This document shows positions 1 through 9,300 of a DNA stretch of 64,000 bases, piece after piece. Within the stretch, counting starts at the first letter, position 1; each line of letters starts with the position of its first letter. The stretch is from a virus: the IMG/VR virus record IMGVR_UViG_3300042923_001092, positions 39,092 through 103,091 of that record. The stretch is one strand, 5' to 3'. The notes under the pieces were generated by a model, which saw only the letters and a program-made list of their open reading frames with translations, was not told the DNA's origin and made no database searches. Position numbers and translations under genes: made by a program.

Positions 1-6
1 GCATTA

Positions 7-327
7 TTGCAATCTAAAATAAAAGATGACAAAATTAAAAACGCACTTAATTCTGTTCAGAATGCTGTAAATATTACAGTAAATGAACTTAATCAAATGT
101 TTGTTAAAGACTGGAAAGCTGCAGGCGGGGGAAAGCTTACAGCAGCTCAAATCGACGAATTAAAAACTCGGTCTGTACATTTAATATATGAAAAATTAAC
201 TGACCCTACGATAAAATTGCTTGATGCATCATATTCTAATTTAGATAACCTTATTCAATCTATGATACAGGCAAAAATTGATGAGATTAAAAGCCAGCCA
301 GCATCAACTCCTTTGCCGGGGAATTGA
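7..327 (+). CDS. 3' part of a putative holin (LL-H-like); probably begins left of the window
   Basis: Pattern AVNITVNELNQMFVKDWK..GGKLT..Q...L...Y.NLDNLIQSMIQAKI resembles the soluble C-terminal part of Firmicute phage holins; followed by a terminator. Confidence 0.4.
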   Translation: MQSKIKDDKIKNALNSVQNAVNITVNELNQMFVKDWKAAGGGKLTAAQIDELKTRSVHLIYEKLTDPTIKLLDASYSNLDNLIQSMIQAKIDEIKSQPASTPLPGN

Positions 328-357
328 TGATATAATATTTATAGCCTCCTTATAGCA

Positions 358-385
358 GGGAGCCTCATTTGAGGCTCCCATTTTT
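358..385 (+). terminator. Rho-independent terminator
   Basis: GGGAGCCTC-ATTT-GAGGCTCCC then T-tract. Confidence 0.85.
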
Positions 386-551
386 ATTTATTTGAGATTT
401 AAATTTAGACTTTTACTAAGCAAAAATAATATGGTTAATGATTTTTTTATTTAGGAAGCATTTTTTATTTATCTATCAGCGTTCTAAATAGGTATAGTTA
501 TTTTTAGAAATGCTAACTTAATCCAAAATAATTAAAATATTTCTAAAAATA

Positions 552-581
552 ATTAAAAAAGAACTCATAAATGATATAATA
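552..581 (+). promoter_or_regulatory. Class II (SigF-like) promoter, variant -35
   Basis: ATTAA-N15-TGATATAATA upstream of the SF2 helicase. Confidence 0.55.
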
Positions 582-613
582 ATAAATATCGAATTAAATA
601 GGAGGAACTTCTA

Positions 614-2122
614 ATGATCGAAGTTATTATAGACAGTAGAATAAGACTTAATTGGAAAGAACTTCCAAAAGAAATGTTTAAAGAATTAAAAGAATCTTTA
701 ACTTATAAAAACCCTTTATATCAAAAAGGTTTAATGATGGGATATGGTACTAAAGGCGTTCCTCAGACTATAACTAGCTATGACATAGAAAAAGAAATAA
801 TGACAATATCCAGAGGTGCTAGCTATAAGTTAAAAGAAATTGCAAGAAATAATGATATAGAAATTAAATTCATAGACAATAGGATATCACTACCTTATGA
901 ATTTAATTCAGATATTGAACTAAGAGATTATCAAAAAAAGCCTTCTAATCAATTATTTCATTTTGAAAACGGTTTAGTTCAGGGACCTTGTGGTTGTGGT
1001 AAAACTATTATTCTTTTAAAAACAATAGAAAGAATAGGACAAAAAACATTAATTATAGTTCATGAACAAAAGCTTCAACAACAATGGTTCGATGAAATTC
1101 ATACTTTATTTAAAATCCCTAAAGAAGAGATTGGATTAATTGGTGGAATTTCTAAAGGAAAGAATAAGGTTAAACCAATAACTGTAGCACTTCAACAATC
1201 ACTTTTAAGATCTGCTGGTAAATATAAAGATGAATTTGGATGTATCGTTTGCGATGAAGTTCACAGATATGCAGCTTCAACATTTCAAGAAGTAGTAGAT
1301 GTATTTCCTGCAAAATTTAGAATAGGTGCCACTGCAACTCCAAAAAGAAAGGACGGCAAACATTTTCTTGTTTTTGATCAATTTGGAAAAATACTTCATG
1401 AAATTACTGAAGAAACACTTAAAGAAAATAATATGACTATGGATATTAAAGTTGTAGTAGTATTTACAGAATTTGAATATACCGGAATTATGGAAAGACA
1501 TAAAAATAGAATATTTAAAGGGAACGATTCTAATGGAAAAGCTATTTGGGAAGAACAAGAAATAGAATATGTAAATAACAATGAATATTTAGAACAAATA
1601 ATTTTAGATCAAAATAGAAATAGATTAATTTATAGATTTTTAAAAGAAGAAGTTGAAAATAAACAATACTGTATTTTATTATCAGACAGAAGAAGATTTT
1701 GCCATAATTGGCAAAGATGGTTAGAACAAAAAGGTATTGAATCTAAACTTTTAGTTGGTGGTTCTGAATATAAAGAAGAAGGTGATAATGCTATAAAGAG
1801 GATTGAAAAAGATGGCGATCTTTATGTTGTTATTGGAACTACAGTAGCAGACGAAGGTCTAAACATTAAAAAGCTTAGTAGAGGTTTCACTTCTACACCA
1901 ACAGCCACTAACGAAAGAAGAATAATTCAACAAACTGGTAGAATAAAGCGAATCTGTGAAGGCAAAAAAGATGCTATTTGGTATTATTTTTTAGATCATA
2001 AAGTTAAAGGTTCTGAAAAGCAATTAAAAATGTTAAAAAAACTTTTTAAAAATATTGAAATTCTTGAAACACCGGAAGATATAGATGAATATTTTCACAT
2101 AATGAAAGAAATAAAAGGATAA
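614..2122 (+). CDS. Superfamily 2 (DEAD/UvsW-like) helicase
   Basis: Walker A GPCGCGKT, DEVH, TAT, motif VI QQTGRIKR; RBS GGAGG. Confidence 0.9.
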   Translation: MIEVIIDSRIRLNWKELPKEMFKELKESLTYKNPLYQKGLMMGYGTKGVPQTITSYDIEKEIMTISRGASYKLKEIARNNDIEIKFIDNRISLPYEFNSDIELRDYQKKPSNQLFHFENGLVQGPCGCGKTIILLKTIERIGQKTLIIVHEQKLQQQWFDEIHTLFKIPKEEIGLIGGISKGKNKVKPITVALQQSLLRSAGKYKDEFGCIVCDEVHRYAASTFQEVVDVFPAKFRIGATATPKRKDGKHFLVFDQFGKILHEITEETLKENNMTMDIKVVVVFTEFEYTGIMERHKNRIFKGNDSNGKAIWEEQEIEYVNNNEYLEQIILDQNRNRLIYRFLKEEVENKQYCILLSDRRRFCHNWQRWLEQKGIESKLLVGGSEYKEEGDNAIKRIEKDGDLYVVIGTTVADEGLNIKKLSRGFTSTPTATNERRIIQQTGRIKRICEGKKDAIWYYFLDHKVKGSEKQLKMLKKLFKNIEILETPEDIDEYFHIMKEIKG

Positions 2123-2410
2123 ATTCTTTATCACCCGATAAAGAATTTTCTTGTTATCTTTAGATAACAGCTCACTTCTATTTCCTCTGGTAAGTTTTAA
2201 ATTTTAGAGCTTCCCCTCCCCATACCCCTCCCTTATATATATTTAAATATAGCTTTATATATATAATCATTTCTAAAATAAATATTTTAGAAATGGAAGA
2301 TAAAATCTTTCAGATTTTATATTCTATCTTTTAAAAGATCTTTTAAATATCTTTAAATAAACTTCTAATCTTATTTAAATCTTTTATAAGTCTATAATAT
2401 AAGACTAGAA
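2121..2410. other. Non-coding AT-rich region with at least 7 inverted repeats and a G4 motif; candidate replication origin
   Basis: Stems at 2121-2148 (12 bp), 2152-2169, 2233-2266, 2268-2295 (12 bp), 2300-2320; palindromes 2326-2346; sits upstream of the loader/DnaB/primase operon. Confidence 0.45.
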
Positions 2411-2485
2411 TATAAGATTAATAGAAATAACTGTAGAATTTAGAACAGCGCTGACGTTTAAATTTATTTTATTTTTTCTTTAGAA

Positions 2486-2515
2486 GTTAATAAATGAGTT
2501 TTTTGTGATATAATT
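2486..2515 (+). promoter_or_regulatory. Class II (SigF-like) promoter
   Basis: GTTAA-N15-TGATATAATT. Confidence 0.7.
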
Positions 2516-2571
2516 TAATTATGGACCAAAATTTATTTGATAGACAGTAATATCAAAACATATTTCATGAG

Positions 2572-3165
2572 GTGGATAAGTTGAAAAAAATAAAGAAAGC
2601 AGTGCCAATTAGGCCTGTTAAAAACTGTTCAAAACCAGATGATTTATTATCATTCATAAAAACAGATAAGAAAAAACAAACTCGAGCTAAAAATGGTGAA
2701 CGAGTTAAAATTGATAGATCAGCACCATCTAAATACCCTTCGCTTACACATTGGAAAAATAAAGAAATAGATAAGTGGATAAGCAACGATTTTATTGGTT
2801 TTTATTTATTTGTCTATAACGAAGTTGTTGGCGAAGAAGATATTACTTTTGCTGGAAGAAAAGCAGACGATACGATGGGAAAAGAAAAAGGCTGCTTAAA
2901 TAGATGCCTTAAAAATTTCTTTTTAGAAAATAACAACGAAATGAAAAATTACATCGAATACATAATAAGATGGTGGATATCACCGGATTCATTTCCAGAT
3001 TCATTGCCTTCATTCTGGTCTATATTCGGAACTAATGGAACTTTCGTTAAACAATATCGATCAACAAAAATTATTAAAAAGAAAAGCTTAAAAAGCAGAA
3101 AAGAAATTGATAATCATTATGCTGACAAACAAGCATGGGATAATTATTTTGATAAGGAGGATTAA
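2572..3165 (+). CDS. Hypothetical protein, possible replication initiator (start may be TTG 2581)
   Basis: Directly upstream of DnaC-like and DnaB genes; function inferred from synteny only. Confidence 0.4.
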   Translation: MDKLKKIKKAVPIRPVKNCSKPDDLLSFIKTDKKKQTRAKNGERVKIDRSAPSKYPSLTHWKNKEIDKWISNDFIGFYLFVYNEVVGEEDITFAGRKADDTMGKEKGCLNRCLKNFFLENNNEMKNYIEYIIRWWISPDSFPDSLPSFWSIFGTNGTFVKQYRSTKIIKKKSLKSRKEIDNHYADKQAWDNYFDKED

Positions 3166-3167
3166 TA

Positions 3168-3863
3168 ATGTATCAAGCTAATAAACTTATCTCATCAGCT
3201 TATAGAAAATATTCTAAATCTAATTTGCCAATGAAATATATTGATCATAATATTGAAGATTTTAGAATATTAGGAGATACTACAAAAGAAAAAAAGCATA
3301 ATCAACAAATGTTTGATAAATTTATGAATTATTATAATAATCTTGAAGAAAATTTAAAAAACGGACGAGGTATAATACTTTGTGGGTCTGTAGGTATTGC
3401 AAAAACATGGCTACTTACTCATTTATCAAAAAAAATTATTTCTATATTCGAAGAAGAAAATATAAACATACAAGAAAAAGAACAAGAAGGCGACCTCAAA
3501 TCAAATTCAAAATATAACAATTTTTATTATATACAGGCTACTACATTAAGTCAAATGGTTTTTACAACAGGACTTAATGAAGATGAGCTTAAAGTAAGAA
3601 GGGGAATAAAAACAATAGCAGGGCTGTGGATAGATGATATATCTAAACTTGCTGAAACAAAATCTGGCCATGAAATATCTTTTTTGGATGATATAATTAG
3701 GTGGAGAGATTTAAATCTTCTTTCGACATTTTATACTTCACAACTTCCATTTGATTCGTCCGGAGAACTTGAAGGATTAGATTCAGCTTTATCAAAACCT
3801 ATTCACGATATGATAAGAGGTAATTGTGAAATAATAACTTTTAGAGGAGAGAGTCAAAGATAA
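3168..3863 (+). CDS. DnaC/IstB-like AAA+ helicase loader
   Basis: GIILCGSVGIAKT (Walker A variant), LWIDD (Walker B), T-S-Q motif, position before dnaB. Confidence 0.7.
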   Translation: MYQANKLISSAYRKYSKSNLPMKYIDHNIEDFRILGDTTKEKKHNQQMFDKFMNYYNNLEENLKNGRGIILCGSVGIAKTWLLTHLSKKIISIFEEENINIQEKEQEGDLKSNSKYNNFYYIQATTLSQMVFTTGLNEDELKVRRGIKTIAGLWIDDISKLAETKSGHEISFLDDIIRWRDLNLLSTFYTSQLPFDSSGELEGLDSALSKPIHDMIRGNCEIITFRGESQR

Positions 3864-4048
3864 TGGAATTTAATAGAGACGAATATTGTAAAGCAAAAAA
3901 ATGTGGAGTCATGATATGTATGGAGGATGATGAAATAAAAGAAGAATGGAAAACGTTTGAAGTAGTAAAAAATAGTTGTTTAAAATGTGAAGCTTTTAAA
4001 TTTCATAAATGGCTTTTAGAAAATGATTATAGAATAGTAAAAGAATAG
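3863..4048 (+). CDS. Small Cys-containing hypothetical protein
   Basis: Translationally coupled ORF; CxxxxC and CxxC. Confidence 0.6.
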   Translation: MEFNRDEYCKAKKCGVMICMEDDEIKEEWKTFEVVKNSCLKCEAFKFHKWLLENDYRIVKE

Positions 4049-4061
4049 GCGGGTAATTGGT

Positions 4062-5483
4062 ATGGCTGAAAAGATCAAAACAGCTTCATTTAATATACAA
4101 AACGAAATGATTGTTTTAGCTAACATGATAAAATCTACAAAAGTAAGAAGAAAACTTTCTAAGGAATTAAAACCATATCATTTTATTGGAAAGAAACATA
4201 GGACTATATTTAATATCTTATGTAGATTGGTTGAAAAAAATCTTGAATTCGATTTAGATGTTTTTGAAACATTAGCTAAAGACGATGAAGAATATGGTAG
4301 TTTAACTTATATACAAAAAATAGAAAAGCTATTTCAAGAAAGCGATAATATTGAATTTCATGTAAATCAATTGAAAGTAGATTCTCTTAAAGCACATATA
4401 AAAGAAAGAAGACTTGGTAAACTATCAGATGCTATAGAAGATCCACATTCAGAATTAACTAAAGTAGTAGAAATAGTTGACCAGATAAAAAGAGAGATAG
4501 CTGAAAATACAAGTAAAGCAAATATGTTATCTGGTATAGATTTAAGAAAAGGTTGGTGGAAAGATTATCAACAAAGAAAGAAAGAATCTATATATACTCC
4601 AACTGGAATAAGTGGCCTTGATAGAAGATTAACAGAAGGATTGGCTAGAACAAAATGTTCTATATGGTCTGCTAGGCCAGGTATGGGGAAAACAACTACA
4701 ATGGCAAATATAGCATTAAGATTATCAACTGGATTAGATTATAATGGTATTCAGTTGTGCGAGCCAAAAAAAGTTTTATTAGTACCTTTGGAAACTGGTT
4801 ATGTATCATATATTGATATTATGGTTTCAATGTTAGTTAAACAAAAAATAAAGAAAGAACTTGAACAAAAAAGCGAAATAATGCCAAATGGTACTTATGG
4901 AATAAAATTAGAAAAACTTGTAAGATATACTGATCAAATAACAGTAGAAGAAGATAAATATATTAAATGGGCATTAGATCAAATATTTTGTAATAACAAT
5001 TTAGTAGTTACAGATAATCCAAGCATGAAATTAAGTGAATGCGAAACTATACTTGAGGAGAATAATTTTGATATCTGTATAATGGATTTATGGGAAAAGT
5101 TTACAGATATCAAAATAGATGCAGCAAGCATTGCTGAAAAACTCAATAAAACTCAAGCTATAGCCAAGGAATGTAATACACATATGGCTATAGTTCAACA
5201 GATAAAAAGAAGTGAAGATAAAAAAGGTAAAAAAAATAAGAGACCAACTATAGATATGCTTAAAAATTCTGGTGGATATGAAGAAATTGCCGATTTGATT
5301 ATCATGATGCATAGAGAAAGATATTATGATCCAGAAATTGATGACGATATTATTGAATATATTATAGGTAAGCAAAGACGAGGTGCTATGAATAAGACAG
5401 CATATCATATATTTGATGCAGATTATGGTATAATTGGAGATTATGTTAAAGCATACTCTAATAACAATGACGATGTATTTTAG
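4062..5483 (+). CDS. dnaB: Replicative DNA helicase DnaB
   Basis: SARPGMGKTT, Q-I-K-R, RPTIDMLKNSGGYEEIADLI, IIGKQRRG. Confidence 0.92.
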   Translation: MAEKIKTASFNIQNEMIVLANMIKSTKVRRKLSKELKPYHFIGKKHRTIFNILCRLVEKNLEFDLDVFETLAKDDEEYGSLTYIQKIEKLFQESDNIEFHVNQLKVDSLKAHIKERRLGKLSDAIEDPHSELTKVVEIVDQIKREIAENTSKANMLSGIDLRKGWWKDYQQRKKESIYTPTGISGLDRRLTEGLARTKCSIWSARPGMGKTTTMANIALRLSTGLDYNGIQLCEPKKVLLVPLETGYVSYIDIMVSMLVKQKIKKELEQKSEIMPNGTYGIKLEKLVRYTDQITVEEDKYIKWALDQIFCNNNLVVTDNPSMKLSECETILEENNFDICIMDLWEKFTDIKIDAASIAEKLNKTQAIAKECNTHMAIVQQIKRSEDKKGKKNKRPTIDMLKNSGGYEEIADLIIMMHRERYYDPEIDDDIIEYIIGKQRRGAMNKTAYHIFDADYGIIGDYVKAYSNNNDDVF

Positions 5484-5491
5484 GTGATAAT

Positions 5492-6325
5492 ATGAAAATA
5501 AGAAAAGGCAATGATTATATTGATTTAATTGGATTAAATAATTTTTCATTAAAAGATACATTTGAATGTGGTCAATGTTTTAGATGGAAATTAATATCTG
5601 AGAATTTGTATCATGGGATAGCATATGGAAAGCCTTTAATAATTGAGCAAAAAGATGATTTTATTAGACTGTATACTAGCGGTAATGAATTTAGAAAATT
5701 CTGGAAAGATTATTTTGATCTTGATAGAGATTATAATAATATACGTAAAAAGATTCAATATGACAAATTCTTAAAAAAAGCTTCTCATTATGGAAAAGGT
5801 ATTAAGATATTAAAACAAGAACCATGGGAAGTACTTTGTTCATTTATTATATCGCAGCAAAATAATATTCCAAGAATCAAAAATATAGTAGAAAGAATTT
5901 CAGAAAAACATGGTGAAGTAATATATAAATATAATACAAAATTTTATGCCTTTCCAACACCGGAAAAAATTATAGAACTTGGAATAGTTGGACTTAAAGA
6001 ATTTGGTTTGGGTTATAGAGACACATATTTAATAGATGCTGCTTATGCTGTATTTAACAAAGAAATTGACTTAGAAAATCTTAAATATATATCTTCTGAA
6101 CAATCTTTAAAAGAATTAATGAAACTTAGAGGAGTAGGAACTAAAGTAGCAAATTGCGTTAACTTATTTGGATTACAACATATAGATTCATTTCCAATTG
6201 ATGTTTGGATTCAAAGAGTCATTGACGTTTATTATAATGGTCATATTGATATTATACCATATAAGGAAGTTGCTGGAATAGTACAACAATATATGTTTTA
6301 TTATATTAGAAATAAAGAGGTATAA
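5492..6325 (+). CDS. ogg: 8-oxoguanine DNA glycosylase/AP lyase (clostridial Ogg, HhH-GPD)
   Basis: DTFECGQCFRW, QEPWEVLCSFIISQQNNIPRI, HhH LRGVGTKVANC, FPIDVWI. Confidence 0.9.
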   Translation: MKIRKGNDYIDLIGLNNFSLKDTFECGQCFRWKLISENLYHGIAYGKPLIIEQKDDFIRLYTSGNEFRKFWKDYFDLDRDYNNIRKKIQYDKFLKKASHYGKGIKILKQEPWEVLCSFIISQQNNIPRIKNIVERISEKHGEVIYKYNTKFYAFPTPEKIIELGIVGLKEFGLGYRDTYLIDAAYAVFNKEIDLENLKYISSEQSLKELMKLRGVGTKVANCVNLFGLQHIDSFPIDVWIQRVIDVYYNGHIDIIPYKEVAGIVQQYMFYYIRNKEV

Positions 6326-6328
6326 AGC

Positions 6329-7588
6329 ATGTCTGATATTATGAACAATATAGTTAAAAGAGGTAAACTTAAAAAAATTAAAAAAATGATAAATATGAAA
6401 GTGCTTCTTAAAGCAATTAATGTCACAACTAAATCAGCAAATATATATGGAGAGGAGTTATATGATTTATGTCCAGATCCAAAACATAAAGATTCATCTC
6501 CAAGTTGGTCTATAAATATTGAGCCAGAAAGTGAAAAGTTTGGTGTTCACAGTTGCTTTAGTTGTGGATATCGTGGCAACTTTATAACATTGACAAGAGA
6601 TAAACTGTCTCAATCCACCGGTAAGAAATTAACAAATGCAGATGCTATAGAATTTATTGTCAAATTATTCTCATTAGGAGATATTGATGAAGATTCGTTA
6701 TATGGATTAATACTTGATGAAAGAGAACAGATGTTGGAAGATTTTGAAAAAGAGCCAGAAGGTCCTAAAGAGTCAAGCTTACCAAATGATGAAAAATCAG
6801 GTTTTTTTAAACTTTTAAAACCTGAAAATAAATTATATTGGAATTACCTTACGAAGCCTATTTTAGAGGGCGGTAGAGGCATACCTGCCAACTTAATTGA
6901 TAAATATCATATTGGATTTTGTGATAGTGGTCTATATAGGAAAAGAATTATAATACCTTTTTGGCAAGAAGGTAAATTAATATCATTTCTTGCAAGAAGT
7001 GTATTACCAACTATAAAATCTCAAAAGAAAAATGGAGAAGATTTTATAATTTGTCCAGAGTGTGGTAAATTAAATGCTTTTATAAATAAAGAATGTACGA
7101 AGTGCGATTGTATTTTAACCGGATATGTTGTTAAGAAAGCTAGATCAAGATATCCAAAAGGAAGTACAATGGAATATATGCTTTGGGCATATGATGAGTT
7201 AGATTATAGTTTAGATTATGTAATTCTTTGTGAAGGGGCTATGGATAAACTAAGATTAGAAAGTCTTGGTTATAAAAATGTAATGTGCGTATTTGGAAAT
7301 AAAATATCAGATTTTCAAGTAGAACTTCTTAAAAAGTTTGAACAAAAGATAGGTAAAAAATTAAGAGTTTTTTTATTTCCAGATGCTGACGAAGGTGGAG
7401 ATATTTTAATAGATTTTGCTAACCAGAAAATAAAATATTTATTTCAAGCATTTGTTATAGAATTACCATGGATTGAGTCTAATCCATTAGATCCAGGAAG
7501 CGCAACAGAAAAGCAAATACGTATAGCAGTTAATACTTGTGAAAAATTATATAAAGTTTATATGAGAAAATTTGAAAAAAATTACTAG
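6329..7588 (+). CDS. dnaG: DnaG-type primase with an extra internal zinc ribbon
   Basis: CHC2 finger CPDPKH...CFSC; TOPRIM ILCEGAMD and FPDADEGG; extra CPEC...CTKC. Confidence 0.85.
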   Translation: MSDIMNNIVKRGKLKKIKKMINMKVLLKAINVTTKSANIYGEELYDLCPDPKHKDSSPSWSINIEPESEKFGVHSCFSCGYRGNFITLTRDKLSQSTGKKLTNADAIEFIVKLFSLGDIDEDSLYGLILDEREQMLEDFEKEPEGPKESSLPNDEKSGFFKLLKPENKLYWNYLTKPILEGGRGIPANLIDKYHIGFCDSGLYRKRIIIPFWQEGKLISFLARSVLPTIKSQKKNGEDFIICPECGKLNAFINKECTKCDCILTGYVVKKARSRYPKGSTMEYMLWAYDELDYSLDYVILCEGAMDKLRLESLGYKNVMCVFGNKISDFQVELLKKFEQKIGKKLRVFLFPDADEGGDILIDFANQKIKYLFQAFVIELPWIESNPLDPGSATEKQIRIAVNTCEKLYKVYMRKFEKNY

Positions 7589-7594
7589 GTCTAC

Positions 7595-7624
7595 ATTTAT
7601 TTTTAAATTTCTTAGGATATAATA
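7595..7624 (+). promoter_or_regulatory. Class II (SigF-like) promoter, variant -35
   Basis: ATTTA-N15-GGATATAATA. Confidence 0.55.
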
Positions 7625-7632
7625 TAATTAAG

Positions 7633-7845
7633 GTGGTATTTCAAATGCGAAATATAGTAAGTTTTAAAATGAAGGATGGTACTATAAAATATAAATTTAG
7701 TTGGGTCGATTTAACAAGTGATTCTGAAGAACCTATAGTTGAATGGGCAACTGAAGAAGAATTTTGGTCGATGATGGATACAGCATCTTTCCAAGAATAT
7801 GCATGGATAAAGTTTTGGCCAGTTTGTACTAAATGTAGAAAATAG
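7633..7845 (+). CDS. Hypothetical protein
   Basis: ORF downstream of promoter, RBS AAGGTGG. Confidence 0.55.
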   Translation: MVFQMRNIVSFKMKDGTIKYKFSWVDLTSDSEEPIVEWATEEEFWSMMDTASFQEYAWIKFWPVCTKCRK

Positions 7846-7855
7846 GGGGTAATAA

Positions 7856-8158
7856 ATGTATTCTTTAGAACAAATTAATAATTTATCTGATACTATAGTT
7901 AAAGAATTTTATGATATGAATGATCAGCAAAGATGGTTTATATCATCACTTGTACAAAATGAAAAATTAAAATGGACTAGAATAGAATTAATGAAGATGC
8001 TTATGATTTTTAATTATTCTGTAGAAATAAAATGCGATATTGCTTCAGAAGAAGTAAATCAGCTTTCTAAATTTATTGATGATAATTCTAAAATAATAAG
8101 TGATATTTTTAGTCTTTCAGATAATAAATTTAGAAAAGAGCATGGAGCTTATAATTAA
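7856..8158 (+). CDS. Hypothetical protein
   Basis: Co-directional ORF with RBS. Confidence 0.6.
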   Translation: MYSLEQINNLSDTIVKEFYDMNDQQRWFISSLVQNEKLKWTRIELMKMLMIFNYSVEIKCDIASEEVNQLSKFIDDNSKIISDIFSLSDNKFRKEHGAYN

Positions 8159-8167
8159 GGAGAAAAT

Positions 8168-8416
8168 ATGGTTAAAAAATGTGGGGTTTTTAAATGTAAT
8201 AATAAAATTGATTTTAGTGTATTATGCTTAAGCTGCGTTACAAAAGACAATATTGTATGTAATATTAAAAATCAGTGTAATTATTGTAAACAAAAATCGT
8301 ATTGTACATTTAAATGTATCGTTTGTCCGGAATGTGGAGAAGAGTTTCATAAATCTCCTATAATGAATAAGTTCGAATGTCCAAATTGTAAAAAGGAGCT
8401 TAATGATGGAATATAA
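8168..8416 (+). CDS. Cys-rich small protein (multiple CxxC)
   Basis: CLSC, CNYC, CPEC, CPNC; RBS AAGGAG. Confidence 0.65.
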   Translation: MVKKCGVFKCNNKIDFSVLCLSCVTKDNIVCNIKNQCNYCKQKSYCTFKCIVCPECGEEFHKSPIMNKFECPNCKKELNDGI

Positions 8417-9029
8417 ATATAATAGTACATATAAGGTATTGAAAACAATTTCTTTTACTAAAGAAATAAGTACAACAAGAATTTTTAAAAATGATAAAAA
8501 TTATAAAGAGACAATAAATAATACACTATATTCTTTAATAAGTTCATTAGGTAAAGAATATAATAAAATATGTATTGTTTGTATAGGATCTGATAGAGCA
8601 ACAGGAGATTGTCTAGGTCCTATTGTTGGAAAGTTTTTAAGTGAAAAATTTGAAGACGATGATTTTATAAAAGTGTATGGAACTTTATTAAATCCTATTC
8701 ATGCAAAAAATATTGAAGAACTAATGGATTCGTTAGATTATTCTAATTCATTAGTAATAGCGATCGATGCTTCTGTAGGAGATGACCAAAATCCTTTGCA
8801 TGAAGTTGGTAGTATAATTATAAGAGATGCTGCATTAATGCCTGGTAAAGGTTGTGGTAAAGATCTTGGTCATATAGGAGATATCTCAATCACTGGTATT
8901 ACTACACATAATGCTTTTTATTTAAGAGATGTAAGACTATTATATGTTTTTGATATGGCAGAAAAGATTTATAAAGGATTAAAACCAGTATTAAATACTT
9001 TAAAGAAAGAATTTGTTTTAAGGGGATAA
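8403..9029 (+). CDS. yyaC: Spore protease YyaC (DUF1256, GPR-like) family protein
   Basis: CIGSDRATGDCLGPIVG, VYGTL..PIHAKN, IAIDASVG, PGKG.GKDL..IGDISITGI. Confidence 0.88.
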   Translation: MMEYKYNSTYKVLKTISFTKEISTTRIFKNDKNYKETINNTLYSLISSLGKEYNKICIVCIGSDRATGDCLGPIVGKFLSEKFEDDDFIKVYGTLLNPIHAKNIEELMDSLDYSNSLVIAIDASVGDDQNPLHEVGSIIIRDAALMPGKGCGKDLGHIGDISITGITTHNAFYLRDVRLLYVFDMAEKIYKGLKPVLNTLKKEFVLRG

Positions 9030-9031
9030 AT

Positions 9032-9205
9032 ATGAAAAGCTCAAAATCTTATTTTAAATTATCTAAACAAGAAAATGTCTTTTGTCCTAAATGTAATAAA
9101 GTAGTATATAGGCTTTCAGACGACAAAAGACAAGATAGTCCAAAATTTTATATATGTTTTGATTGCAAATTTATTGGACATATTGGAGTTGGCCAAGTCA
9201 CTTAA
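9032..9205 (+). CDS. 57-aa zinc-ribbon protein (not in supplied ORF track)
   Basis: Manual translation MKSSKSYFKLSKQENVFCPKCNK...YICFDCKFIGHIGVGQVT; RBS AGGGG. Confidence 0.6.
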   Translation: MKSSKSYFKLSKQENVFCPKCNKVVYRLSDDKRQDSPKFYICFDCKFIGHIGVGQVT

Positions 9206-9242
9206 ATCAAAGAGTAATATGATTCAAAATAAACGTTCTTTT

Positions 9243-9272
9243 GTTAAAAAAAGAAATTATTTTGATATTATT
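9243..9272 (+). promoter_or_regulatory. Class II (SigF-like) promoter
   Basis: GTTAA-N15-TGATATTATT. Confidence 0.7.
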
Positions 9273-9300
9273 ATATTAGGTTATAAAAAGGAGTGACGAA

